64,000 nt of DNA. Origin: a virus. Within the stretch, counting starts at the first letter, position 1. The number at the start of each line of letters is the position of its first letter. A program made the translations under genes and the position numbers. The DNA is taken from IMG/VR virus record IMGVR_UViG_3300014039_000003, positions 1-64,000 of that record. One strand, 5' to 3'. Shown here in pieces: positions 52,035-61,975 of the stretch. The notes below the pieces were generated by a model. It was not told the DNA's origin. It ran no database searches and saw only the letters and a program-made list of their open reading frames with translations.

Positions 52035-53726
52035 TCAAGCAGCAATGCGCTTCTTACACGCACCAGTATCAGTCGTTTTTCTTAACACTCTCTTACCGTC
52101 GTCAAGCGACGGCTCGTTCAGCGTCACCGCCAGAGCGTTTCGTGGGTATATTCCTCCGATATTTGATAAGCCCACGTTTTTGATGGATGTAACAACGCCG
52201 ACTATTGCAGGAAGCAACAGCTTACACTTGGCGAGTGCATCCGCGAATTGAAGTGCGCCGTTTGCTAACTTTACAAAAGTAACAACAGCGTCACTGTTAA
52301 GAATATTTGTAGACAAAGACTCAAAAGAAGCTCTCGCCCTTGCCATATTTGCTTCAATACCCTGCGAGTAAGCATCGTACTTTTCCATAGCCGTTCCGGC
52401 GGAATCAGCACTTATACCCGCATATTCCATAGCCTTACCATAGTTTTCCATAAGGGTAAGGACGTTTTCTTTTTGTCTTGTAGCGCCAAGCGCAGTCGCA
52501 ATGGCACTCTGCTCAACTTCAGTCAGCGACGACCACTTAGCCTGTACGTCGTCAAGAACATCTGTGAAGTCTCTGAACTCGCCCAAGTTGTCACGAAGTC
52601 GTATGCCAACTCTTGTCAACACACGCTCGTAATCGTTTAGTGACTCGCCGTCGTCATCAACAAGCTTATTAAGCTTAACATTTGAATAACGAGCGAACAT
52701 AGTCTTGAACGCATTACCAATGGACGCCATGTCCTGCTGAGTAACTTCGCCAACAGCGGCAAGATAACCAAGGAGCGTGTCCATTTCGACACCGGCAAGA
52801 CGCGCTGAGTTTGCAGTCTTACTCATACCTTCAGCAAGACCACTAACGCTGACAGCGGCAGCCATATCGACAGCGGACAGCTTATCCGCCACAGACATCG
52901 CGTCGTCGATCTCAACCTTGTAGCCCTTAATCGCCGAGGTAAGATACTGGGTTGCCTCGGCAGAATCAAGCAGACCTATCTTAGAAAGAACGGTACTGGT
53001 CTTTATTAGCTCGTTTGTATCTTCAAGAGAATAACCCTGTCTGAGCCAATCGTCGGCGGCAGCAGCTACTTCGGAGGTAACAGCACCAAGCTCCTGAGCC
53101 ATTTCAGAATAGCTTGCCACAAGCTCCTTTGTGCGGTCACGGTTATAACCCGTAACCATTGAAAGGTTGACAACAGCCGAGTCAAGCTTAACAACATTAT
53201 CATAAACCTCTTTAAGCTGTTGCACAGAAAAACCAGCTATAGCTGTTACTGCCTTTTGCTTAATATTTGTCTTTAACGCACTATTAAGCTTATCGAAAAC
53301 ATTTGTTGTTTCGACGCCAGCCTTAATGGCATCGAGCTTTAAATCGTTGAATGTCTCCTGAAACTGTTTTGCGGTTATATTTCCGCTGTCCAAGGCGCTT
53401 TGGAGCCCCTTGAAACCGCCCATAAGACCGGCTTTTTCAAGCTTATCGCCATATTTATCCATATACTTATAGAGCTGGCTATAAGCTCGTAAAAACTTGC
53501 CGGAGTCTTGGGTTATTGATTTGGTGATTTTCTTGTTAGTGGACTGAACCTCTTTCTCTATACTATCTGTGTCAAGAGAGAACTTAAGTTTCGTTACTCC
53601 ACTTTTATTAATTTTTTCAGCTATCTCTTGAATATCTTTTAGTATCTGCTGTCCAGAGCCACTGCTTATTTCGCCGCCGCCAAGTACACCAAATTTTAAT
53701 TCAATCACGTTTTTGTTGTCGGACAT
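52035..53726 (-). CDS. Tape measure protein, N-terminal part with TP901-family core region
   Basis: ..NLSMVTGYNRDR..SAEATQYLTSAIKGYKVE..SVSGLAEGMSKTANSARLAGV..NAFKTMFAR.. core signature. Confidence 0.8.
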   Translation of the reverse strand: MSDNKNVIELKFGVLGGGEISSGSGQQILKDIQEIAEKINKSGVTKLKFSLDTDSIEKEVQSTNKKITKSITQDSGKFLRAYSQLYKYMDKYGDKLEKAGLMGGFKGLQSALDSGNITAKQFQETFNDLKLDAIKAGVETTNVFDKLNSALKTNIKQKAVTAIAGFSVQQLKEVYDNVVKLDSAVVNLSMVTGYNRDRTKELVASYSEMAQELGAVTSEVAAAADDWLRQGYSLEDTNELIKTSTVLSKIGLLDSAEATQYLTSAIKGYKVEIDDAMSVADKLSAVDMAAAVSVSGLAEGMSKTANSARLAGVEMDTLLGYLAAVGEVTQQDMASIGNAFKTMFARYSNVKLNKLVDDDGESLNDYERVLTRVGIRLRDNLGEFRDFTDVLDDVQAKWSSLTEVEQSAIATALGATRQKENVLTLMENYGKAMEYAGISADSAGTAMEKYDAYSQGIEANMARARASFESLSTNILNSDAVVTFVKLANGALQFADALAKCKLLLPAIVGVVTSIKNVGLSNIGGIYPRNALAVTLNEPSLDDGKRVLRKTTDTGACKKRIAA

Positions 53727-53774
53727 AAATGCCTCCCTATATAAATAGCCGCACCCAAACGAGTGCGGCTACCT

Positions 53775-54317
53775 TTACAATATTCCGCTATCCATACCGC
53801 CCCACAAGCGGGGATAGTCCACTTTTACGCCCGGATGTTGCATCTCAAAGTCGTTAATTGTATCGGAAATAAACGAGTTGGGAGAACGAACTCTTTTGTT
53901 GCTGATAGGCAATCCGTTATTTCGACCCTCCCACACACCGAATGTAGAGCGAATTTTCGGATAGCCCTGAGTTATTAACCCGAATATATCATATACTCCG
54001 CTTCCCGTAGGGACACCACCGGCTCCGGTCAGCGAATCTCGCCTTAGTAAATCTCCAGGAAACACAACATCAACAACCCATTCGCCCGAATGTTTGTCAA
54101 TTTTTGATATGCCAACGTGAATTTTACCAACACCCATTTTACGGGCATTTACCGAAGTGGACTGATTATACGCATCAACAATCTTGTTGCGCAGCTCTTT
54201 GGCGAGCTCGGTCAGTTGATTCTTGTAGTCGGGGTATTTTTCTTTAACTATCTTTTCTCCGCTTTTGCTTGAGATGAACTGTTGAAGTTTTTGTATAATA
54301 TATTCTTCGGAAATCAT
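53775..54317 (-). CDS. Hypothetical protein upstream of TMP (tail assembly chaperone-region gene)
   Basis: Position. Confidence 0.45.
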   Translation of the reverse strand: MISEEYIIQKLQQFISSKSGEKIVKEKYPDYKNQLTELAKELRNKIVDAYNQSTSVNARKMGVGKIHVGISKIDKHSGEWVVDVVFPGDLLRRDSLTGAGGVPTGSGVYDIFGLITQGYPKIRSTFGVWEGRNNGLPISNKRVRSPNSFISDTINDFEMQHPGVKVDYPRLWGGMDSGIL

Positions 54318-54423
54318 TTGGCATCACCGCGAATAATGCACACAGGTTCCGCCCCGGTTCGTATCACTACCACAGGCTCATTGATAACTCTGACATAAAC
54401 TACATCAAACATTTCAGCCTCCG

Positions 54424-54750
54424 TTATTCGCACTTATCTGCGGAATTGAACAATGTCGGAGAAACGCGAAGCTCAACTATGGGCGTCGCGGGAATTTTTT
54501 CGTCAGCCATAACAACCCGTGTGTCCATAAAAATAATACCCTCGGGCAGACGACCGGACTCTTCTGCCGTCAACTCAATCGTATATAAATCAGACTCTTC
54601 GTCATAACCGACGTTATCCGGGTACTTTCGCGTGAAGAGAGTCTGACTATTCATGTCTTTATCAAGCTTAAACAAAAAGTCTATATGCTCGATATCAGAG
54701 TGGCTTATATTAAACTTAATGGGTATAGTGGGAGTAGTGAACCTCTTCAC
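54424..54750 (-). CDS. Hypothetical protein (tail assembly region)
   Basis: Position. Confidence 0.4.
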   Translation of the reverse strand: MKRFTTPTIPIKFNISHSDIEHIDFLFKLDKDMNSQTLFTRKYPDNVGYDEESDLYTIELTAEESGRLPEGIIFMDTRVVMADEKIPATPIVELRVSPTLFNSADKCE

Positions 54751-54769
54751 ACAACCAACTCCTTACTTG

Positions 54770-55299
54770 TTATTTCTTCTTCTCGTGGAAGTCGAGAATC
54801 CCGTCAACTATCTTGCCCTCATCTTTATTAGCGATAACCTCGCTCAGCTGCATAAGTTTTTCGAGATCAACCTTAGACAGTGAAGACTGATTGGCGTTTA
54901 TGGTGTTGAGAAGTTCAGCGAGTGACTTTGCCGCAGAAGACCACGGGTCACACGCCACCCTAAGCTTCTCGTTATATGCAGCGAAGAAAGCCTTCTTCAT
55001 TGCGCTGTAGTTGACATATCTAACGCTCTTAACAATAAATTCTATAATGTCATTTTCGTTGATAAGCTTCCACATCGACTCAACACTGTTGCTAAGACCA
55101 AGTTCTTTGGCGTTTGAAACCTGTAAGACAAGAAAGGTCTCAAGCACGAACTCAGCAAAGTGAGCGATAAGACCACCGTTGTCGTCATAGCAGAACTCAA
55201 GAGCTGTACCGATTATTGTCTCAACATCAGAGTAGGTCAGCTCGTCACGAATCTCCATTTCTATCTCTTTGTTATCAACTTCAGCTTTATATTTCAGCA
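54770..55299 (-). CDS. Putative tail assembly chaperone
   Basis: Acidic ~175-aa protein between major tail protein and TMP. Confidence 0.45.
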
Positions 55300-55797
55300 T
55301 TATTTCTTTTTCTCCTTTATTTCCTCGATAACGCCGCTGTCGCGCAGATAGGCGAGACCTATACAAATAGCTTCGGCAACATCATCTTTAGCAGTTATTC
55401 CATAGCATTTTGAAACATAATCTATTGCTTGTATCTTAAGGGCTTCTCGGTTAACCTTGTTACCCTGATTAAAGCCCAACACCTTACGCCATTGTGTCGG
55501 AGCGTAGATTTTGAACGCTGTATTATGCCAATATGACATATCCATAATAGCGCCCTGAAGTCTGCTTAATGTGATTAGCGTCTTAATAGACGTCCTCAGT
55601 GAGACATCTTCAAAAATAATTATATCAGCCTTAGACTTCAAAAAGAGGAGATGTATCTTTCGACACATCTCCTCAAATCTATCCTCTGGCGAAACGGACT
55701 TGTCAGCCGTGAGTTTGCCGAAGCTGATGAGATCGCCGTCGTCGAATATGGCGTAGCCGGTAATAATACTGGCTTGGTCTAACGCCAAAATTCTCAT
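55300..55797 (-). CDS. ruvC: RuvC-family Holliday junction resolvase
   Basis: ILALDQASIITGYAIF..(D-x-G..Y) N-terminus, acidic catalytic residues. Confidence 0.7.
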   Translation of the reverse strand: MRILALDQASIITGYAIFDDGDLISFGKLTADKSVSPEDRFEEMCRKIHLLFLKSKADIIIFEDVSLRTSIKTLITLSRLQGAIMDMSYWHNTAFKIYAPTQWRKVLGFNQGNKVNREALKIQAIDYVSKCYGITAKDDVAEAICIGLAYLRDSGVIEEIKEKKK

Positions 55798-56000
55798 ACG
55801 GTCACATACCCGCTTCCATCATACTCAATGGCGTTCGTCTGAACGAGTTCGCCCTTAGCATCAATATAGACTATGATTCCGCTATATTTGTTGTAAGAGA
55901 CAACCCGACATTTTCTCTTGCGGGGCTGAGCCTTTGACTTGCGCTTCGGAGTTTCCTTGTCGGCGACTTCTACAACCTCTACAACGTTTTCATTATCCAT
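55794..56000 (-). CDS. Small hypothetical protein
   Basis: ORF. Confidence 0.35.
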   Translation of the reverse strand: MDNENVVEVVEVADKETPKRKSKAQPRKRKCRVVSYNKYSGIIVYIDAKGELVQTNAIEYDGSGYVTV

Positions 56001-56005
56001 ATTGA

Positions 56006-56746
56006 TTATTCCTCCTCATCCTGCCAAATAAGGTCAAGAATGTTGTTATCACTGTCTGCCATAAGGTCGCAGGTGATGGTGATAGTAGCGGGGTCGCCGC
56101 TGTTAGCACACGACAGAGAGAAGTTGGTCTGAGGAGAGCACTTGTACGCAACCATTCTGTACGGAACAATCTCGTCGTTCTCGGTCTTCTCGTAAGTATC
56201 GCCGTAGACGGTGAACGCTCTCGGAAAGGTTGTAGACTTAATGTTTATCTTGCGCACCTTCTCAGAAAGCTCAGTCATGTAATAGACAATATAGCTGTCG
56301 TTAGCCGTTGCCCCGGTGACAGTGATTTCCTTAGAGCTTGCGGTTGCCGTAGCGGTAAGCTCGGTGCCGCAGTCATCATCTGCCTTGAAGACATTGACAG
56401 AACCGACGACGGGAGTGCCGGAAACGGTCAGCTTGCCCTCGGTAGCACATTTAACAACCTCACGCTTGAGGAACTTAGCGGTTGTCTCAATATCTGCACC
56501 GGTAATCAGAGAATAGAGCTTAGCTGTCTTCATCTGAGTCTCGAACGCAATTGTGCCGCCACGCTCGCCGTGGAAGGTAACTCTCTTCGGGTGTCCCTTA
56601 CCACCGTAAGCATAAACAGCCTCACCGCTCATCTCGGTCGTTGTCGTATTAGCAAAGTCGAGATTGAGGAAAGGCTTCTTGCTCTTATATTCAACGAATA
56701 TAAGGTCACATACTTCTCTGTTAGCAAAAGTAGTATTGTTGTTCAT
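56006..56746 (-). CDS. Major tail (tube) protein
   Basis: Size, Thr/Ser-rich beta-type composition, position upstream of chaperones. Confidence 0.6.
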   Translation of the reverse strand: MNNNTTFANREVCDLIFVEYKSKKPFLNLDFANTTTTEMSGEAVYAYGGKGHPKRVTFHGERGGTIAFETQMKTAKLYSLITGADIETTAKFLKREVVKCATEGKLTVSGTPVVGSVNVFKADDDCGTELTATATASSKEITVTGATANDSYIVYYMTELSEKVRKINIKSTTFPRAFTVYGDTYEKTENDEIVPYRMVAYKCSPQTNFSLSCANSGDPATITITCDLMADSDNNILDLIWQDEEE

Positions 56747-56758
56747 ATTAAACCTCTC

Positions 56759-57484
56759 TTATTTATTTGTTAAATCCTTAAACCACGCCGAAAGCTCTAT
56801 GGAGTCCTTGCCCCATGCAGCCCAGCGCAGTCCTTCGACCGATTCATAAGTAATGACGTTGAGACGCCTGAACTGGTCGTAAAGTTGCAATATAGTTAAA
56901 TCCCAGATATTAAGTAGGTTTAAAGAGGGATGCTTTGCGCACACGGCGGATATAATGTTCGGAAGCGTGTAGTCGTTAGACGGCTGTTCTTTTTTCTTAG
57001 CCTTATCAAACTCTTTCTTCCGCGCCTTACATCTTTCGTAAATGGCTTTAGCTTTTTTGTTTGAGAACTTTAATTCGCTCTTACTCTCTTTTTCCACACC
57101 AATTATCTGAGCAATTAAACTTTGTATATCTCCGAAATTTCCGTTGTTGATTTCGCCGACCACTTGCTTATCCTTATAAACCTTGAAACACAAGCTCTTA
57201 TCATCAAAGACAACCTTTTCTTCAATAAAAAAAGAGAGCGCCTCAAAAAAGGTCTCTCTTAACATCGGGTAGGTTATTAAGATGTAAAAGGTTGAAAGGT
57301 CGGGTATGAGCATAGGCATTTGCCCGTCAAGCTCGTTCGGATCGAACATGATTACGCTCACATAGCCGAAGAACTTATCGTAGCCAAGCTGACGAACCTC
57401 CGACAATCGTGGCTGTCGTACATGACACACATTACCGACAGCGATAGAACTGCCGGTAATCGAGTCCCACGGGGTCAGCTTCAT
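56759..57484 (-). CDS. Hypothetical protein (head-tail region)
   Basis: ORF. Confidence 0.4.
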   Translation of the reverse strand: MKLTPWDSITGSSIAVGNVCHVRQPRLSEVRQLGYDKFFGYVSVIMFDPNELDGQMPMLIPDLSTFYILITYPMLRETFFEALSFFIEEKVVFDDKSLCFKVYKDKQVVGEINNGNFGDIQSLIAQIIGVEKESKSELKFSNKKAKAIYERCKARKKEFDKAKKKEQPSNDYTLPNIISAVCAKHPSLNLLNIWDLTILQLYDQFRRLNVITYESVEGLRWAAWGKDSIELSAWFKDLTNK

Positions 57485-57990
57485 TTAGCCACCCTCGTTC
57501 TGTCTCGCGCATAGTCAGGCACGGTATATGTCAGCAGACGAGCGGTAAAGCCTTCGGGTGCAGCCGCGAGCGTCGCCGAACTAAGTTGTAACCTGCCTAT
57601 ACCGAACTCCGAACTGCCGTTTATCAGTAAGTCTATCTGACGGCATATGTTGTCGCGCCTGTTCCCCTTAACACCCGGAAAGCTATTGCTGTCGAGCTTC
57701 ATAAAAGATTTGTTGCAGACAACTTCAACGAGAAGCGTCATTCTCTTAACGCTTCCGCTCGGAGCCTTAGTGACCTCTGTGTCAACGAGCACATAAGCAC
57801 CAGCCTCTTGAACGCTCTCGTCTATCCAGCCGTGGTCGTTAATGTGTTTTTCCCACTTCTCAGCATCGTCATCATCAGGGGCGTATCTGCCGTTCGAGAC
57901 GAGCTTCATAACCTCTGATGACTCCAAAATTTTGCTGATAACGAGATTGTTATAGTCTATAATTTCATCGAGGTGTGTATATCCTGCCAT
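57481..57990 (-). CDS. Hypothetical head-tail joining protein
   Basis: ORF. Confidence 0.4.
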   Translation of the reverse strand: MAGYTHLDEIIDYNNLVISKILESSEVMKLVSNGRYAPDDDDAEKWEKHINDHGWIDESVQEAGAYVLVDTEVTKAPSGSVKRMTLLVEVVCNKSFMKLDSNSFPGVKGNRRDNICRQIDLLINGSSEFGIGRLQLSSATLAAAPEGFTARLLTYTVPDYARDRTRVAK

Positions 57991-58991
57991 TAGCCAGTCA
58001 CCTCGACTTTCTTATAAGCGGAGCGTTCTCCGCCGTCGTTTAGTTCAATAGTCAGCTTTGTGCCAATGAGTGTATCATTAGCATCAACGGAAATAATTAA
58101 TGCGCCATCCTTAACGGAATACTGTACGCCGTATGCAGCCCCACTTACAGACCACGACGGAACAGCTTCTTCATCAATCTTGCCGGTGTCTTTGAAGAAC
58201 TGCGCAAGATATGTTCTCTGCGCCCCGATTCTGAGAGTATCACGCCCGGTAATCTTGCAAAGAGTACCGGCAGTAGACGGCTCGCTTGGAGCGATGTAGT
58301 CGCATATGCGCTCTTTGGCATTGTCTCTCGAAGCGTCGTACTCAACACTTTCGACATTCATAATAAGAAGATGTCCATTTTTGCCGTAACTTCGGCTTAT
58401 CGGGTCTTCTCCCGTATAAATGTAGCAAGTAAGAATCTCGTCACCGTTAGCGTTGTAATTGACGCCACCGGCTATACGCTTGTCGATATAGAGCTTAGCC
58501 GTATCTTCGTCATACGGCAGGTACACCTTGAACTGCTTATGCAACGACTGGACTAAGTTGTTGCCCTTAAGGGTTGTCGAATAAACGCCTGAGTCCAAAA
58601 CTCCCCAACGCTCGATAATATCCGAAGTGCCGTTCTGAAATCTGAACAGGTGGTTACACAGCCATGCCATTCCTGTTATGTGGATCTCATTCACCACTCT
58701 CGTTTCAATAACAATAAAGTGTTCACCCATAATTTCAAGGGTATCTCCAACGTAAAGTTTTTCGTCAGGAAAGGCGATGACCTTTATTTTGTAAGCAACC
58801 TCAGTTCGGTCAACCAAGAAACGCTGCGGGGTTCCGTTACGAGTTGCATTAGGCTGATATCCGGGATTACTCAGAACCTTAGATTGGAAGTTGTCTTTAG
58901 CCTTTTGAATAATCCTGTCTCGCTCAGATGTACCATTTACGCCGAGACGCGCATTGTAATGAGACCAATCAAGCACGGCGTCCACCGCCAA
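57990..58991 (-). CDS. Structural protein with C-terminal Ig-like region
   Basis: ORF. Confidence 0.45.
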   Translation of the reverse strand: MAVDAVLDWSHYNARLGVNGTSERDRIIQKAKDNFQSKVLSNPGYQPNATRNGTPQRFLVDRTEVAYKIKVIAFPDEKLYVGDTLEIMGEHFIVIETRVVNEIHITGMAWLCNHLFRFQNGTSDIIERWGVLDSGVYSTTLKGNNLVQSLHKQFKVYLPYDEDTAKLYIDKRIAGGVNYNANGDEILTCYIYTGEDPISRSYGKNGHLLIMNVESVEYDASRDNAKERICDYIAPSEPSTAGTLCKITGRDTLRIGAQRTYLAQFFKDTGKIDEEAVPSWSVSGAAYGVQYSVKDGALIISVDANDTLIGTKLTIELNDGGERSAYKKVEVTG

Positions 58992-59283
58992 TCCTGTTAA
59001 GAAGATTCAAAGCCTTGAACACCTCGCGCTTACAGACTTCTTCCGAGACCTCATTCTCGTTGAGATAATTTAAAATATTCACAACGGTGACAAAGTCCAT
59101 ATTATCTGCAAGCTTGTCAAAGGTCGTCAAAGCTCCTTTTGCTTCTATGACGACACTATCTATGTACTCCGATAAATGTATGCCATCTTCCGCGTCGATT
59201 GTTTCATATTCTTTTAAAGGAATAATCTTATAAACGTGACCCGTAAAACGATTGATAAATGTTTTAAGCTTTATAATAATCAC
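58969..59283 (-). CDS. Hypothetical head-tail connector protein
   Basis: ORF. Confidence 0.4.
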   Translation of the reverse strand: MIIIKLKTFINRFTGHVYKIIPLKEYETIDAEDGIHLSEYIDSVVIEAKGALTTFDKLADNMDFVTVVNILNYLNENEVSEEVCKREVFKALNLLNRIGGGRRA

Positions 59284-59718
59284 CTACGCTTTCAGTGAGG
59301 CGATATTACCGGCATAATAGGTGTACTCAGTCATTTTGCGGCGATATTCCTTATAAAGGGAGTTTCTAAATTCCGTCATCTCTCTTAAGAGATTAGCGGG
59401 GGAGAAGAACGAATAATCCTTGACGGACAAGGAGTTACTTAAGTTTGTGCTATCCAAAACCTTAGAGCTAACCCAGTAGTACGCGATACCGAGAGCGAGA
59501 ATTTCGATTACTTCGTTATCCAAGTCAACCTTATATTCTTTGTAATCGGTATCTATCTGAGAAAGGTCTATACGGCACATCTTTTCGAAGTCCGCTTGAG
59601 CGCTCATAAGATATTTTTCAAGTATATACTCACGCTCGGATTCCGATAGCTTCAAGAAATCATAATCAGAGAACTTCAGAACAGCTCGTTCGTAAATCTC
59701 CGAAAACGGTGTTGCCAT
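59284..59718 (-). CDS. Hypothetical head-tail connector protein
   Basis: ORF. Confidence 0.4.
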   Translation of the reverse strand: MATPFSEIYERAVLKFSDYDFLKLSESEREYILEKYLMSAQADFEKMCRIDLSQIDTDYKEYKVDLDNEVIEILALGIAYYWVSSKVLDSTNLSNSLSVKDYSFFSPANLLREMTEFRNSLYKEYRRKMTEYTYYAGNIASLKA

Positions 59719-59722
59719 TAAA

Positions 59723-60325
59723 TCACCCCTCGGACTTCATCAGATTACAACCGAGAGCCTCCTCAAAAGCTCTAATCTTCTTGAGAGAATCGAGGGTTCC
59801 ATCCTCAATAAATGTGTTAAGAGCAACAACAAGATTTTCTCTTGCTGTGGTGGTAAGAAGCGGAACCTTTGTTTCGATATCCTTCACGCTCCAACCGCAG
59901 ACCTTCTGGAAATCATCGGGGTCGATAATGTCCTTGTAATATCTGCCGACTGCAAGAGCGTTGTACACATCTTCGGGTGTATGCTCACCGTCTTCAACCG
60001 AATCAACGAGTATCTTATTCTCTGTAAAGAACACCGCTGCCGACGCCTTTATCGAGCGAAGCAGACTCATTGAGACGGGCTGTATGTCTCCACAAAACTC
60101 CCAATCGATGGTCTCGCCACTTCTCTTATCTACGAAAGTAAGACCACCGAAAGTATTCGATTTTACATATATGAGGGTAGAATCATCTATTCTTGAGGGT
60201 CTCTTGGGCGCAGCGGGAGTAGCCTTAATCGTCTCATTTTCTTTTGTCTGATTTTCCGCATTAGTTGTTTTAGTCTTAGTGGCTCCCTTTTTAGCGCCGG
60301 TAGTTGTTTTATTCTGCTGTGCCAT
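59723..60325 (-). CDS. Hypothetical structural protein with basic Thr/Lys-rich N-terminus
   Basis: ORF. Confidence 0.4.
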   Translation of the reverse strand: MAQQNKTTTGAKKGATKTKTTNAENQTKENETIKATPAAPKRPSRIDDSTLIYVKSNTFGGLTFVDKRSGETIDWEFCGDIQPVSMSLLRSIKASAAVFFTENKILVDSVEDGEHTPEDVYNALAVGRYYKDIIDPDDFQKVCGWSVKDIETKVPLLTTTARENLVVALNTFIEDGTLDSLKKIRAFEEALGCNLMKSEG

Positions 60326-60399
60326 TATTATCTTTTACACTCCTTTTATTCTTAGAAAGGGGAGAGCCGCGCGGACTCTCCCCAAAAGTTTAATTTTGA

Positions 60400-61395
60400 T
60401 TAAGCGTTGATGTCATAAACACCAATCTTGCTGTTAAGAACAAGACCAACGCCGACGGGCTGGATGTACACATACTCCTGAGTAAGGTCTGCGTTATCAG
60501 TAGCCTCTTTGACATTCATAATGCCAGTGCCCTCGTTGACAATCTTAATCGGCTTGTCGTCGCCAGCTATAACAAACACCTTAGTGTTCGACAGGGCAAA
60601 GACATCAGTACCGGGCTTGTGAGCCTGCTTCATGCGAAGCATCGGAGTACCCGAATACTTGCCATAATAACCGAAGTTGTAGATGTCGTTCTTAGCGTCG
60701 TCAGAGACAACAGCGTCGGCAACCTTCTTGAGAGCGCCTCTTGTGCCGCAAATCTTTGCAGATGTGCCCGAAGCCGCCTCGACATGGTCGATAATCTCGT
60801 CCATGTTAGCAGTGGTAAACGAGCCACTCTTAACATACTTATCGCTCAGACCAGCGGTCGAAGCAGAGATATTGTTGAGGCAAGCCAGTGCGTCGAGAGC
60901 TATCTGGTTTGTGAAAGCCTTGCCGACCATATCAACAAACTCATTGAAATCAACGCGACCCGAGAGGAGCCTATTCAGATCCTCATAAACGCGAACAGCC
61001 TTAGCTGTAGTCTTAATAGTAACAGCCTCACCCTCGGGGATTCTCTGACGACGAACTCCCTGAATACCAGCTGCTGCATCAGCAACGATAAGGTCGTTTT
61101 CGCCGTGAGTGGTAAACTTAGCCTCGTCGCCGTCTGCGGTGTTGCGATACTCGCACAGGCTCATAAGAACCGGGTCGTTCGCGATGCCCTCATTGATTAT
61201 TGCGGGAAGAAGAATCTCAACAAGGTCAAACACGGGCTTACCGGGTCTGAAGTCGCGAGCATTAAGTTTAGTAGAGCCACCGTTAAGCTCGATAAGAGCG
61301 TTGCGGATAGTATCGGATGTCTCTGCGGCGGAATACTGTGCGTACTGCTTGCCCTTGATAGCGTCAAGTGCAACCTTAACTATATTGTTATCCAT
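60400..61395 (-). CDS. Major capsid protein (HK97-fold-type)
   Basis: Size and composition; position after scaffold/decoration genes. Confidence 0.6.
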   Translation of the reverse strand: MDNNIVKVALDAIKGKQYAQYSAAETSDTIRNALIELNGGSTKLNARDFRPGKPVFDLVEILLPAIINEGIANDPVLMSLCEYRNTADGDEAKFTTHGENDLIVADAAAGIQGVRRQRIPEGEAVTIKTTAKAVRVYEDLNRLLSGRVDFNEFVDMVGKAFTNQIALDALACLNNISASTAGLSDKYVKSGSFTTANMDEIIDHVEAASGTSAKICGTRGALKKVADAVVSDDAKNDIYNFGYYGKYSGTPMLRMKQAHKPGTDVFALSNTKVFVIAGDDKPIKIVNEGTGIMNVKEATDNADLTQEYVYIQPVGVGLVLNSKIGVYDINA

Positions 61396-61430
61396 TATAT
61401 TTTCACCTCTGTGTAATCTTTAATTTTTGG

Positions 61431-61919
61431 TTAAGCTATCTTGATGACGATCCAGTCGCCCTCAATAGCCTCAACAGTGCCGACCTTAGTGGAGCTCTGA
61501 GTAAGAGTCTTGACAACCTTACCTTTAGTGCCAGCCTGAAGCTCAACGATATCACCGACCGCTATAGCCTCAGCAGCGTCAAGAGCCTCGGCAGTAACGG
61601 AGAAGTAACCTCTGATAAGCTTGTAACCACGAAGAATGTCACCAGCTCTGTTCTTGAACTCACCAAGAGTATTGCTGGAAACAGTCTTATCAACCTCGGG
61701 AGAGGCGATAAGAACGATGTCGGACAGAGCGGTATTTGCGGCGGGAGTGCTACCGGTGTGAACTTCACGCTCGCCGGAAATAAGCGCGCCAACCTTAACG
61801 AAGTTGCCGTTCTCAATTGCAGTATCTGTGCTGCTGGGCTGATACTTGACGGAAACAAGGTCGCCGCCAAACACAGTGCCAGTCAGATTATCAGTTCTAA
61901 CTTTTGCGTATGCCATTGT
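61431..61919 (-). CDS. Head decoration/scaffold-associated protein
   Basis: Position. Confidence 0.4.
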   Translation of the reverse strand, partial: TMAYAKVRTDNLTGTVFGGDLVSVKYQPSSTDTAIENGNFVKVGALISGEREVHTGSTPAANTALSDIVLIASPEVDKTVSSNTLGEFKNRAGDILRGYKLIRGYFSVTAEALDAAEAIAVGDIVELQAGTKGKVVKTLTQSSTKVGTVEAIEGDWIVIKIA

Positions 61920-61975
61920 ATTAACCTCTTTCTTTTTACAAAAATAAAGCCCACCTTGCGCGGTGGGCAAATAAA

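Noticed and set aside
51827-52251. ORFs 51827-52063 (-), 51876-52085 (+), 51997-52251 (+)
   Set aside because: Lie in GC-rich non-coding patch or overlap the TMP core 3' end; no RBS or conservation signal; GC-rich sequence yields spurious open frames.
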